Shown here: positions 41,701 through 51,082 of the stretch, piece by piece
How the letters are laid out: every line of letters starts with the position of its first letter
Position numbering within the stretch: position 1 is the first letter of the stretch
NCBI GenBank assembly: GCA_963667035.1
Contig: OY762964.1
Location: 640,001-704,000, forward strand
Direction of reading: 5' to 3'
Length of the DNA: 64,000 nt
DNA from: Candidatus Cloacimonadales bacterium
GTDB taxonomy: Bacteria; Cloacimonadota; Cloacimonadia; Cloacimonadales; JAFGVF01
Notes under the pieces: model-generated
Told to the model about the DNA's origin: nothing
The model's database searches: none
Seen by the model: the letters and a program-made list of their open reading frames with translations, nothing else
Position numbers and translations under genes: made by a program

Positions 41701-44700
41701 ACAAGTTGGTCACCATCAGGGTCACTGAAATGAGTACTCAAATCAATAGATACTTCTGTGAAATCCTCATTCTCTACCATATCACTAAAAGTAACAATTA
41801 ACTCAGGGTCATCATTTACATTTATAACTTCAATTGTAAAGTTCTGCAGAACCGGAGATGCTATTCCATCAGAGACAGATATTGAAACATTATGTAGTCC
41901 AACATTTTCATTCTCAGGTGTACCGGTAAGTTCTGCAGTACCGTCACCATTGTCAGTAAATGTCAACCATGCAGGTATAACTTCTCCTGTAATAGCCAAA
42001 GTCGCCCAAGTGTTTGCATCAGTTACCGTTATTGAGTAATCATATAGATTATCTTCCATTACTTGAGTAACAGGAGTAGAAGTAAAAACAGGGGCAGAGT
42101 TATTTTCAAAAACTCTAATGTGAATATTTTGAGTTGCACTCTCAATTCCGTCAGATGTATCAATTGAGAAATCATATACACCATAATCTGTACTCTGTGG
42201 AGTACCGGTTATGGTTCCTGTTCTGTCCAGGTTATCGGTGAATGATAACCATGCAGGCATATTGTTTGTGCTAAAAGTAACAGTATCGCTCGGGTCAGGA
42301 TCACTAACCGATATATTATATGTATATACATCATTAACTGTAGCAAGAGTATCATTAGTTGTTATGAATACAGGAGCATCATTAACCGGAGTAAGTATAA
42401 CATCGAAGGAATCGTTTACCGATGCTCTATTCTGTAAATCATCAGCAGTTACTGTTATCGAAGTGGTTCCATACCAATCTGCTACTGAAGTAAGTGTTAG
42501 GGTACTACCTGTGATAGATGCATTAATCTCATCCGAGTTACTGTTTTGTGAGTAGTCTAGAGGATTCCCATCGACATCAGTAAAGTGTTGATCCAAGTCT
42601 ATAGAAATCTGGTTTGTGAAGTCCTCAGTATCATTAACATCAGCTAATGGAACAGATAAAACAGGACCATCATTAACATTAATTACTTCAATTGTAAATG
42701 CTTGAATTGTGTTAGGTGCTACTGAGTCGCTTACTTCCAAACTAACTTGATGCATTCCTACTTCTTGATTACTAGGAGTTCCGGTTAACAATCCTGTTCC
42801 GTCTCCATTGTCAGTTAAACTTAACCAAGCAGGTATAGTTGTAGCACTTAGAGTAAGAACTGCCCATGTATTAGGATCTTGAGTAACAACATTGTAGGAG
42901 TACTCATTACCTTGTAGGACTGTTAGTGTCGGTTGACTGGTAAAACTCGGAGGATAATTGAATTGATTAACCGTAATCGTAAAGCTTTGCTCAAGATTAC
43001 CTCCTATACCATCTGATGCTCTCAAAGTTACGAGATTATCTCCCAGATTATCTCCGTTAGGAGTTCCTGTAAGCTGACCGTTTCCATTTCCGTTATCAGT
43101 AAATGATAACCACGTAGGAATTGTGGTTGCTGTTAAAGTTATGCTTGGTCCATCCGGATCGGAAGCAACAATGTCAGCTTGATACAGTTCCAATTCATTT
43201 ATTGTAATGTCGGTTGGGAACTGGTCAAAAGTCGGTTGATCATTAATCGGACTTACATTTATCACAAATGATTGAACAACCGGGGTTGCAATCTGATGAT
43301 CCGTAAGGGTCAGTGTAACATTGTTCTGCCCAATATCTGAATCCCCGGGTGTACCTGTTAATATCGCCGTCCCGTCACCATTATCAGTAAATGATAGCCA
43401 AACTGGATAAACAGTAGCTGATATATCTAATATTGCCCATGTGTTTGGATCTGCGGCTGTAATGTTATATGTATAAAGCATGTCTTCAGTAGCTGTTGTT
43501 ACTGGAGTAGAAGTAAACACAGGAGCGTAATTGTAAGCTTCAACATCAATAACAAAGTTTTGTCGAACAGGTGTTGCGATTATTCCGTCTGTAACTGATA
43601 AAACAACGTTGTGATTACCTAAATCAGTTCCGTCAGGAGTCCCTGTGAGTAATCCTGTTCCATCACCATTATCAGTGAAGTTTAACCATACCGGAATCAA
43701 ATCTCCGTTTAGAGTTAAAGTTGCACCGCTATCTACATCATTAACACTTATGTTATAAATATAATTAAATCCCTCTCTTGTAGTTGTAACAGGTGTAGAT
43801 GTGAATACAGGAATATCATTTGTATTAGTAACATTGATTGTGAAGTTTTGCTGTACTGCAGGTGAAACACCGTCGGTTACTTCTAAAACTATAGGATTAC
43901 TACCTACATTTTCATTTAAAGGAGTACCCTCTAACAAAGCAGTACCGTCACCATTGTCAGTTAAAACAAGCCAGCTTGGTAATGTTGAGGCTGTTATTGT
44001 CAAATTAGCCCAGAAATTAGGGTCGGTTGCAACAAGAGTGTATTGATACAACTGATCCTCAATGGCATCAGTAATTGGTACTGAAGTGATTGTAGGAGGT
44101 GTATTCTGATCATAAACTGTAACAGTGAATACTTGTTGAATTGGTGTAGTAATAATACCATCAGAAGCTTCCAGTATTACATCATGAGCTCCTAAATCAT
44201 TAATATCGGGAGTCCCGCTAAGAACTGCTGTTCCATCACCGTTATCTGTTAATGAACACCATGATGGAATAAGTAAATCAGAGACAGTAATTGTTGCCCA
44301 AGTGTTATTATCTTCAACTATGATATTGTAAGTATACAATTGATCTTGTAAAGCAGATAGTTGTGGATCTGATGCAAAGTAAGGAGCAGTATTAGGTTCT
44401 CTTACTTCAAGTATAAAATCTTGTTCAACAGGATTAAGAATGAAACCATCAGTAACAAATAGTGAAACATTGATTTGTCCCGCATCACTAATTTGAGGTG
44501 TGCCGGATAGTATTGCCGTTCCGTCTCCGTTATCAACAAATGTCAACCAGCCGGGTAATACGGAGCTGGTAATAGTTAACGTTGGATTAGGATCATCATC
44601 TGCAACTGTTATGTTGTAAAGATAAGGTTGATTTACATTACTAATCAATAATGGTGTACTTGTGAAGTAAGGAGCATCGTTCATATTTATAACATCAATA

Positions 44701-47700
44701 TCAAATGCTTGCACTACCGGAGAAGTAACATATCCGTCAGAAAGTTCAAGTTCAATCTGATTGATACCTACGAACTCATTTGTGGGTGTACCTGATAGTA
44801 TTGCAGTTCCGTCTCCATTATCGGTTAAAGTTAACCATGTCGGCAAATTAGTGGTAGTAATATTCAAAACTGCGTCCGGATTATCATCTGAAGTAACAAT
44901 ATTGTAACTATATAGCTCATCTTCATTAACGGAAGTTATAGGTGATGAATCAAAAACAGGTATACTATTCACGTAAACATCAAAGTTTTGTTCGGTTGGA
45001 TTAGCAGCAATGTTATCTGTTGCCGATAACACTATTGAATGGATTCCAAGTTCTGTAGAACCAGGAGTTCCCGTTAGTCTTCCCCTACCGTTACCAAGGT
45101 CGGTAAAAGCCAACCAACTTGGTAATGATGTTGCAGATAAAGTAATCGGATCACCGGGGTCAACTTCAATTGCTTGGCAATTATATGTGTATACTACATT
45201 CTCTGTTGCAATAGTTATAGGAGTCGAAACAAATCTTGGAGCATCATTAACCGGTGATAGATTTACAGTAAATGTATCTGAGACTCTATCTCTTGTTTGT
45301 ATGCGTCTAACACCGCCCGATGCATGCTGGTCGTCTGCGGTAACAGTTACGTCCGTACTTCCGAAGAAATCAGGGGCAGGGGAGAGGATAAGCTCGGAGC
45401 CTACAACGTTAGCTCTTATCTGGCTTGATACTGATTGTGCAGAGAACGCTAAGGTTGTGTTTGGATCAACATCATCAAAATGATTTCTTAAATCTATAAC
45501 AATATTGGGAGTAAAATCCTCTGTCGTATTCTGATCAGGAATTGGAACAGTAACGAATGGAGGGCTATTAACATCAATAACTTCAATATTGAAATTCTGA
45601 CTGACAGTAGAACTGATTATCCCATCAGTAAGAGTTAGAGTTATCGGATGAAATCCTACATGAATGTTTAATGGAGTTCCTGTTAAGAGACCTGTACCAT
45701 CACCGTTATCGGTGAAACTCAGCCATGTCGGAATAACTGAAGCATTCAAAGTTAAAGAGCTCCCTCCATCTACATCTTCGGCAGTAACAAAGTATTGATA
45801 CAAACTTCCTTCATCAACCTGTAATACCGGAGAAGAAGTAAATCTCGGAGCATCATTTGTGTTTATAACATTTATCACGAATTGCTGGAGTACAGGAGTA
45901 TCAGGAGTTACCCAGTCCCAAATCTCTATGGTTACGGGATTAGCCCCGACATTATCATTGGTAGGAGTACCTGATAAAGTAGCAGTATTGTCGCCATTAT
46001 CAACAATAGTTAACCAATCCGGTAATACAGAAGTATCAATAAACACTCTGTTGGTATCTGCATCAGCTGTTGTTATGGTATATTCATAGAAGGAGTCTTC
46101 ATGTGCTGTTGTGATTGGAGAGCTGGAATATGTTGGCGGCTCGTTAGTCAGTTGTATCCATATCATATTATGGATTGTCTGAGATGCACCTGCACCGCTA
46201 TAACCGAAGTCACTCATAACAAAATCTACAAAATCATATCCCTCTTCACCGGCAGGTACTGAATATGTTACGTTATCAAGATGGTTGTTGATTGTACTCA
46301 GATTACCAGTTATTGTAACATTTCCCGTACCGTTATTAGATATATATCTGGAAGTTGCACCATGGAAGGTCATTGTACCTTTCTGAGCAATAATGTTTAG
46401 CATCATTACGTTGGTTCCAATGTCCGGATCAAAGATATCCAGAGAATCCGAATCTGAGAATGTATGTTGCATAGGACTTGTTATAGGTACGTATACTTGC
46501 AATGTATCAGCCTCATGGTTTCCTCGATAATATACAGCCGGGACATCATTGATTGAGCTAACGCTAATCAGGGCATTATCATAAGCCGAGCTAATGCTCA
46601 TAGTATCGCCGTTAACCGTTGCATTTATTCTGGACATGGCAAATCCATCGGTTTTGTCCCATGCTCTGAAAGCAAATGTGGCAGTACCGTAAAAATCAAG
46701 GTTAGGAATAAATCTCATCCTTTGGGTTTGGATGCCTGTAAGTTCTCCATCGAGCAAAAGAGCATTCGTTTCAAAATTATGATTGATGCCTGTTTGATTG
46801 CTAATACTCTGCCAGTTGTTACCGTTATCTGTAGAGTATTCCCAGATACCGTTAGAATTATCGACCGAAATAACTGCAATTGCTTCAACAGCTGTTGTAT
46901 CAACGTCGTATATTGAACCGTCAGGTATAATACTACTTATTGAATTACCGTTGTTCTCTATTGCATCCTCGTCTATAGCACTAAGCCTGGGAGTAAAGCT
47001 TGTATTCAGAACCGGAGCATCATTCACAGGATTAATCCAGAAAGTCATTCTTCTAACGATATCTTCACCGCCACCGATACCACTCCAGAACTGGTCATTA
47101 AGCCTTACGGTAAGCACTTCGGTGTGATTCTCATCCTGATTAGGGAAGTAGAAAGAGCTGTCTTCCAATATAGAGTTAAGCTCAGTTAAATCTGTAACAA
47201 TAGTTACATTAGAGGTTCCGTTGCCGGAGATGAATCTTCCTCCGACATTTGCAAAGTTCAGAATACCTTTTCTTGCTTCAATATCAAATATGATTTGATT
47301 ATTTCCAATATCCGGGTCATCAACGTACAATTCACCTGATTGGAAATGGTAAGAGGTGTCTTCATCAATTGAGAACCCTAAGTCTGTTACGCCTGTAACT
47401 TCCTGTCCCATAAAGTAGAGAGCCGGGTCATCATTAACGGCTAGTATGGTAATTCTGGCAATATCTTCTGCAGAACTAAATGATGTACTTCCTCCATTAA
47501 CAGATGCATCAGCAGTAAGACCTGTAATTCCTGCATCTCTATCCCAAGCTCTGAATTTAAAGTAAGCAGAACCGTCATAAGGTATATCCGGAGGTGTCCA
47601 AGCTAATGTGTCCGGATAGTCCGGTTCCGGGACAAATCTGATTCTATTTGTTTGAGTGCCGGTTAATGAACCGTTGAGTAATCTTGCTTGAGTTGTAAGA

Positions 47701-48017
47701 TTAACTATTGAACCGGTAATGTTTGAGAAATTATGCCAACTGGTTCCGTTGTTTAACGAGTATTGCCATAAGCCGTTGGTGTTATCCACCTCTGTAACGG
47801 CAATGGATGAACTAACTCCTCCGTCACCATCTGTAATTGAGTTAGGATCTACAATCTCGATAACAGAATCTCCACTGCTATCCAGATTCCCTTCCTGAAT
47901 TGAAACAAGTACCGGATCATAAGATGTATCCAATACAGGAGCAACGTTTCTAACGTTCGCAAACAGACCCAAGGTTGTCACCATAATTGCAAAAATTAAA
48001 ATAGCTTTATTCTTCAT
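38718..48017 (-). CDS. Giant repetitive adhesin (cadherin-like/He_PIG Ig repeats) with type-B (gliding-motility) C-terminal domain
   Basis: 3099 aa; many PxWLxxTDNGDGTxxLxGTP and VNDAP repeats; PNAFTPNGDSKND..GKIYLVK. Confidence 0.88.
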   Translation of the reverse strand: MKNKAILIFAIMVTTLGLFANVRNVAPVLDTSYDPVLVSIQEGNLDSSGDSVIEIVDPNSITDGDGGVSSSIAVTEVDNTNGLWQYSLNNGTSWHNFSNITGSIVNLTTQARLLNGSLTGTQTNRIRFVPEPDYPDTLAWTPPDIPYDGSAYFKFRAWDRDAGITGLTADASVNGGSTSFSSAEDIARITILAVNDDPALYFMGQEVTGVTDLGFSIDEDTSYHFQSGELYVDDPDIGNNQIIFDIEARKGILNFANVGGRFISGNGTSNVTIVTDLTELNSILEDSSFYFPNQDENHTEVLTVRLNDQFWSGIGGGEDIVRRMTFWINPVNDAPVLNTSFTPRLSAIDEDAIENNGNSISSIIPDGSIYDVDTTAVEAIAVISVDNSNGIWEYSTDNGNNWQSISNQTGINHNFETNALLLDGELTGIQTQRMRFIPNLDFYGTATFAFRAWDKTDGFAMSRINATVNGDTMSISSAYDNALISVSSINDVPAVYYRGNHEADTLQVYVPITSPMQHTFSDSDSLDIFDPDIGTNVMMLNIIAQKGTMTFHGATSRYISNNGTGNVTITGNLSTINNHLDNVTYSVPAGEEGYDFVDFVMSDFGYSGAGASQTIHNMIWIQLTNEPPTYSSSPITTAHEDSFYEYTITTADADTNRVFIDTSVLPDWLTIVDNGDNTATLSGTPTNDNVGANPVTIEIWDWVTPDTPVLQQFVINVINTNDAPRFTSSPVLQVDEGSLYQYFVTAEDVDGGSSLTLNASVIPTWLSFTDNGDGTGLLTGTPLNIHVGFHPITLTLTDGIISSTVSQNFNIEVIDVNSPPFVTVPIPDQNTTEDFTPNIVIDLRNHFDDVDPNTTLAFSAQSVSSQIRANVVGSELILSPAPDFFGSTDVTVTADDQHASGGVRRIQTRDRVSDTFTVNLSPVNDAPRFVSTPITIATENVVYTYNCQAIEVDPGDPITLSATSLPSWLAFTDLGNGRGRLTGTPGSTELGIHSIVLSATDNIAANPTEQNFDVYVNSIPVFDSSPITSVNEDELYSYNIVTSDDNPDAVLNITTTNLPTWLTLTDNGDGTAILSGTPTNEFVGINQIELELSDGYVTSPVVQAFDIDVINMNDAPYFTSTPLLISNVNQPYLYNITVADDDPNPTLTITSSVLPGWLTFVDNGDGTAILSGTPQISDAGQINVSLFVTDGFILNPVEQDFILEVREPNTAPYFASDPQLSALQDQLYTYNIIVEDNNTWATITVSDLLIPSWCSLTDNGDGTAVLSGTPDINDLGAHDVILEASDGIITTPIQQVFTVTVYDQNTPPTITSVPITDAIEDQLYQYTLVATDPNFWANLTITASTLPSWLVLTDNGDGTALLEGTPLNENVGSNPIVLEVTDGVSPAVQQNFTINVTNTNDIPVFTSTPVTTTREGFNYIYNISVNDVDSGATLTLNGDLIPVWLNFTDNGDGTGLLTGTPDGTDLGNHNVVLSVTDGIIATPVRQNFVIDVEAYNYAPVFTSTPVTTATEDMLYTYNITAADPNTWAILDISATVYPVWLSFTDNGDGTAILTGTPGDSDIGQNNVTLTLTDHQIATPVVQSFVINVSPINDQPTFDQFPTDITINELELYQADIVASDPDGPSITLTATTIPTWLSFTDNGNGNGQLTGTPNGDNLGDNLVTLRASDGIGGNLEQSFTITVNQFNYPPSFTSQPTLTVLQGNEYSYNVVTQDPNTWAVLTLSATTIPAWLSLTDNGDGTGLLTGTPSNQEVGMHQVSLEVSDSVAPNTIQAFTIEVINVNDGPVLSVPLADVNDTEDFTNQISIDLDQHFTDVDGNPLDYSQNSNSDEINASITGSTLTLTSVADWYGTTSITVTADDLQNRASVNDSFDVILTPVNDAPVFITTNDTLATVNDVYTYNISVSDPDPSDTVTFSTNNMPAWLSFTDNLDRTGTITGTPQSTDYGVYDFSIDTSDGIESATQNIHIRVFENNSAPVFTSTPVTQVMEDNLYDYSITVTDANTWATLAITGEVIPAWLTFTDNGDGTAELTGTPENENVGLHNVSISVSDGIASPVLQNFTIEVINVNDDPELIVTFSDMVENEDFTEVSIDLSTHFSDPDGDQLVYSVSSQSDEISTSVDGDQLVLNSVSNWFGNTVIHVSASDQLSPTLATDSFIVTVNPVNDEPIFSSEVDTLANVGELYSYETIVTDYDESDIITFNIIGVLPDWLTFTPNTDRTALFEGTPQSADYGVYGFTLQASDGFESIYQDVNITVWEENYLPVFDSEPILEVQEDNEYIYNIVVTDQNAWNTILFSYNIPEWLSFTNTGNGLATLSGTPTNEYVGTWDVAIMATDRIVDVQIIQSFQITVENVNDAPYIYNTFTPIVVDEDFVEPLTYNLLDYFRDDDIGDSLSFTLSMNDEIPIIGAVIEGNVLTITPVINACGLDTLTISANDENSSVRSSSLSKRLAVSLDVLITINPINDNPILVTEIDDFSMDENTIDSHIDLAIHFNDVDIPYGDILEFTHNDPDNISLSLVGSTLVIEPLLDWYGTDIITVSAKDEFNNEVNESFEVTVLNVSDIPIIEEIDNQFIQNSIIDSFQYQVIYTAYPNIDFTLENAPDGMTINASGLISWTPSFDQYGSHEVTVKGSNVAGTDSQVFTVRVINDAYGPENIKVSPLSTGLVSIQWSEPPTTAWVTGYKLYSSNTYDGVYVSLANLNSEELIYQYEVNDKNQTIYYRVTAVIDADIWQGETNPSEIVTTHILDEGETTIANDDGTLEGNLSVEANTQLGVSYELHHRSEFELTKVALYITEVSTDDLTIEFSDEGDLPDNEVSGISVTYQASDVNLGWNFLSLPEDVNPSFTGSNFFVRVIGTPDPWGIGLDKDTNGNTFRKAQDTWGALLTGNSMVRAIVKQLDALIVLSANTHDFGLIYTNDKSMPFDIDISNNGNKALEINSIKSPQGYEIKMSDETDWKTSIENIVVDTDLSVILQIRFVPTDDKSYVGDIEISSNSSVNPDIAIEVRGISQQSEPNAFTPNGDSKNDVFKFKVISDSIERVKMTVYNLNGRKIYSVEGQSSQPLQWDGKNDSGDKCKSGPYLFVIERAGKTYKRGKIYLVK

Positions 48018-48029
48018 ATTTACCCTCTT

Positions 48030-48608
48030 TTAATAATTCTCAGGGAATAGAGATCTTTCTACAGTTTCTATGATTATATGTAGAGCCATCATGTGAATCT
48101 CTTGAATGCGATCAGAGGTTTTGCCTTCGACAATTATCTCTAGATCACACTTTCCTTTCAGCTTTCCACCATCTTTTCCTAGCAATGCAACCGTAGTTGC
48201 CTTGCATTCAATCGCTTTATCCAGACCTTTAATAATATTTGGAGAGTTTCCACTGGTTGATAGTCCGATAACAACATCTCCCTCTTTAGCGTATGCTTCA
48301 ACACCTCGAGCAAATATATCGTCAAACCCGTAATCGTTACCTACACAGGTAATATGTGAACTATCATTTAGAGCTATTGCGGGAAGGGCTCTTCTGTCCT
48401 TTCTAAATCTTCCTGTGAACTCTTCTGCAAAGTGCATTGCATCGGTAGCACTGCCTCCGTTTCCAAAAATAATAACTTTATTCCCATTATTAAAGGCATT
48501 AATCAAGCGTAGACTGATAACTTCAACTGCTTTCAAGTTTTGTTCGTTAACAAACAAATCGAGAACTCGCTTAGCATCTTTAAACGCTTTTTCTATAGTG
48601 TTATACAT
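48030..48608 (-). CDS. gmhA: Phosphoheptose (sedoheptulose-7-P) isomerase
   Basis: GNGGSATDAMHFAEE, GNDYG, STSGNS, IQEIH. ATG at 48608 follows GAGGT. Confidence 0.93.
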   Translation of the reverse strand: MYNTIEKAFKDAKRVLDLFVNEQNLKAVEVISLRLINAFNNGNKVIIFGNGGSATDAMHFAEEFTGRFRKDRRALPAIALNDSSHITCVGNDYGFDDIFARGVEAYAKEGDVVIGLSTSGNSPNIIKGLDKAIECKATTVALLGKDGGKLKGKCDLEIIVEGKTSDRIQEIHMMALHIIIETVERSLFPENY

Positions 48609-48903
48609 TAATAATACCTCATATACATAATAATCTTTTTTGAGGAAATCCAATAGAAAATGGTACAATCGTGGTACGTTTCCTATAATAGATTACTTCC
48701 AAATTATACAATAGGTTATTTGTTTGTATAATGTCAAGTAATTATTAGATAGTATTTTAACCTAACCGAATGCACTTGTTAACAAAATGTTAATGCTATA
48801 TGTTAACCTCTTAAAAATCAATATCTTAGTAATACTAAATATTGAGACGAATCTTTACCTTTCTACCTATGTATGTAAATAATTGGATATAAATGAATTA
48901 TTG

Positions 48904-50487
48904 TTATACCTCCCGATAAACTATTTTTCCTGAAATCATCGTTAAGTAAGATTGAGCTTTTAACCATAAACTCATATCGCCCTCATTCTCTATTCCCGGT
49001 AAATTATCTATTACTATTAAGTCTGCTAATTTACCAACTTCTATCGAACCTCTGTAGGTCTGAGAGTCAGATCCTTTCGCTGCGTCAATTGTGTAACCTT
49101 TTATTGCTTCCAAGACTGTTAATGACTGCTCCGGAGTCCATTGAGGATTTGTGGATAGGTTCAGATATCTTCTCTCTACCGCCGAGTAAATTCCTTCAAA
49201 GGGATTGATTGTTTCAACAGGTGCATCTGATCCGAAACCGAGAGTTATGCCTCGGCATAGTAAATCCTTGAATGGATACACATTCTTCTCACAATGATTC
49301 CAATAAGCTTGTATTGTTTTAACATCCGCTTTTACATGTATTGGTTGAACAGCACAATATATGTTGTTTTTTACAATGAGTTCATAATCCTTCGGTCGAA
49401 TACATTGCAGATGCTCTATTCTGTGAGGAGGTTTAACTTTAAGCTCTTTGTTAATCCTATCAATAACATTTAATATCATGTTATTACATCTGTCCCCGAT
49501 ACCATGAATAGTACTGCTAATTCCGTTTTGAACTCCCTTCTTTATCAATTGATAAAGCTCATCTTCCTGAAGTATTACCATTCCATAGTTATCGGTTCCT
49601 GTATATGGTTCGTACATCCAGGCACTCTGGGAACCTAAAGAGCCATCCATGAATATCTTCATTCCACCGATTTTTATGTATTCGTTTCCCGAGTATGATT
49701 TTATGCCTTTCTCAATCATTTTATCCAAAATGGCTGAAGGGAAGTGCCAGTAGAACCTAAAATTAAGTCCGTCATTATGCATCTGAGTGTAAAGGTTGAA
49801 TTTCTCTTCATCCTCCATCACATGCACACCTACCAAACCATGTTTGTAGCATTGTTGAACGGCTTCTTTTATCGCTTGCTCTTTTAGTTCCTGAGTATAT
49901 TGGGGAACAACTCTATCAATTAGTTCCCAGGCTTTTTCGTAGGTAAATCCATCCGGCTCTCCATTTTGGAAACGACCTATTTTGCCACCGGCAGGATCAG
50001 GAGTTTTCGCTGTGATTCCGGCTCTTTCCAAAGCTAGACTATTGCAGAGTTTAGAATGAAGATCTTTACTCTCAAAAGAAACCGGTATATCAGGGAATAT
50101 CTCATCCAGGAGAGTTTTATTGAATCCTTTTAGGTCAGGATATATGTTTTTATTCCAACCACTTCCACCAACCCATTTGATGTTTGCCGGCATTGAAGCT
50201 CGGTATTTAATCAATATTTTTCTAATATCATCTACTGATTGAGCAGGATTTAAATCTACTGCAAAGAAAGTTTTAGCATACTCAAAAAAGTGAGTGTGAG
50301 TATCGATAAATCCGGGTAGTAAAACTTTTCCTTTTAAATCAATTATTTCCACATTATCAGAGGCAAGATTAACGCATGTTTCAAAATTGCCAATATGCTC
50401 GATAATGTTGCCGTTTATATATACTGCTTCAGGATTTTGTAAGTTTGATATGGTTAGTATTAGTCCATTTGTAAAAATGTATTCCAT
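48904..50487 (-). CDS. YtcJ-like amidohydrolase (amidohydro_3)
   Basis: PGFIDTHTH, KIFMDGSLGS, HGIGD, RIEH and GSDAPV motifs. Confidence 0.88.
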   Translation of the reverse strand: MEYIFTNGLILTISNLQNPEAVYINGNIIEHIGNFETCVNLASDNVEIIDLKGKVLLPGFIDTHTHFFEYAKTFFAVDLNPAQSVDDIRKILIKYRASMPANIKWVGGSGWNKNIYPDLKGFNKTLLDEIFPDIPVSFESKDLHSKLCNSLALERAGITAKTPDPAGGKIGRFQNGEPDGFTYEKAWELIDRVVPQYTQELKEQAIKEAVQQCYKHGLVGVHVMEDEEKFNLYTQMHNDGLNFRFYWHFPSAILDKMIEKGIKSYSGNEYIKIGGMKIFMDGSLGSQSAWMYEPYTGTDNYGMVILQEDELYQLIKKGVQNGISSTIHGIGDRCNNMILNVIDRINKELKVKPPHRIEHLQCIRPKDYELIVKNNIYCAVQPIHVKADVKTIQAYWNHCEKNVYPFKDLLCRGITLGFGSDAPVETINPFEGIYSAVERRYLNLSTNPQWTPEQSLTVLEAIKGYTIDAAKGSDSQTYRGSIEVGKLADLIVIDNLPGIENEGDMSLWLKAQSYLTMISGKIVYREV

Positions 50488-50634
50488 TATGCTTCCTCAA
50501 TATCTTTAAACTGATTACTAGTTAAAGCAGGAACTGAGCCAAGTCAATAATAATATCAATTCATACTTTTCAGAATAGAATAAGAATGTAATTTCCCTTC
50601 TCATTCTGCAGACTCATAACCAAAGCTCTATCTT

Positions 50635-50754
50635 CCCACTGTTTTTGCACTGTGCTCGCACTATCAACCCGCTGAAACAGTGGGTTAACAGTGGAATAGC
50701 AGTGCTTACACAGTGCAAATGCAGTGCGTTGGTAAGACCCTCGCAGTGAGGGGG
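50635..50754. repeat. 11-bp-phased CACTG/CAGTG palindromic intergenic element, copy 2
   Basis: CACTG-like at 50637, 50648, 50659, 50670; CAGTG at 50678, 50689, 50700, 50711, 50722, 50744. Confidence 0.75.
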
Positions 50755-51082
50755 CAGTTGATGACAAGATTTATATGTAAGTTATTGAAAAATACACTGA
50801 TTAAAGTTATGAATAGCTAATAATAGCTAAATTTATTAAATTCAGAGGTATTTACACAGATCTTAAAGAAGGAATGTATAGTATCTTTGTAATGCATAGT
50901 TACATTTGTTAATAAAGTGTACACATATCAAGGATATTTACATGAAGAATTCTCTTTAGAAAATACGCAACATACATTAATAGGTTAACAATTCACATTA
51001 GATGTGATACTCTGAAAGATTTTTGTTAAATGTCATTTTTAATGGAATATAAAATGCACAATGTTCAATTACAATTACAAGG

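Noticed and set aside
40576..47127. Multiple + strand ORFs inside the giant adhesin
   Set aside because: Antisense shadow frames of a repetitive, codon-biased gene; the same applies to the other nested short ORFs in the track.
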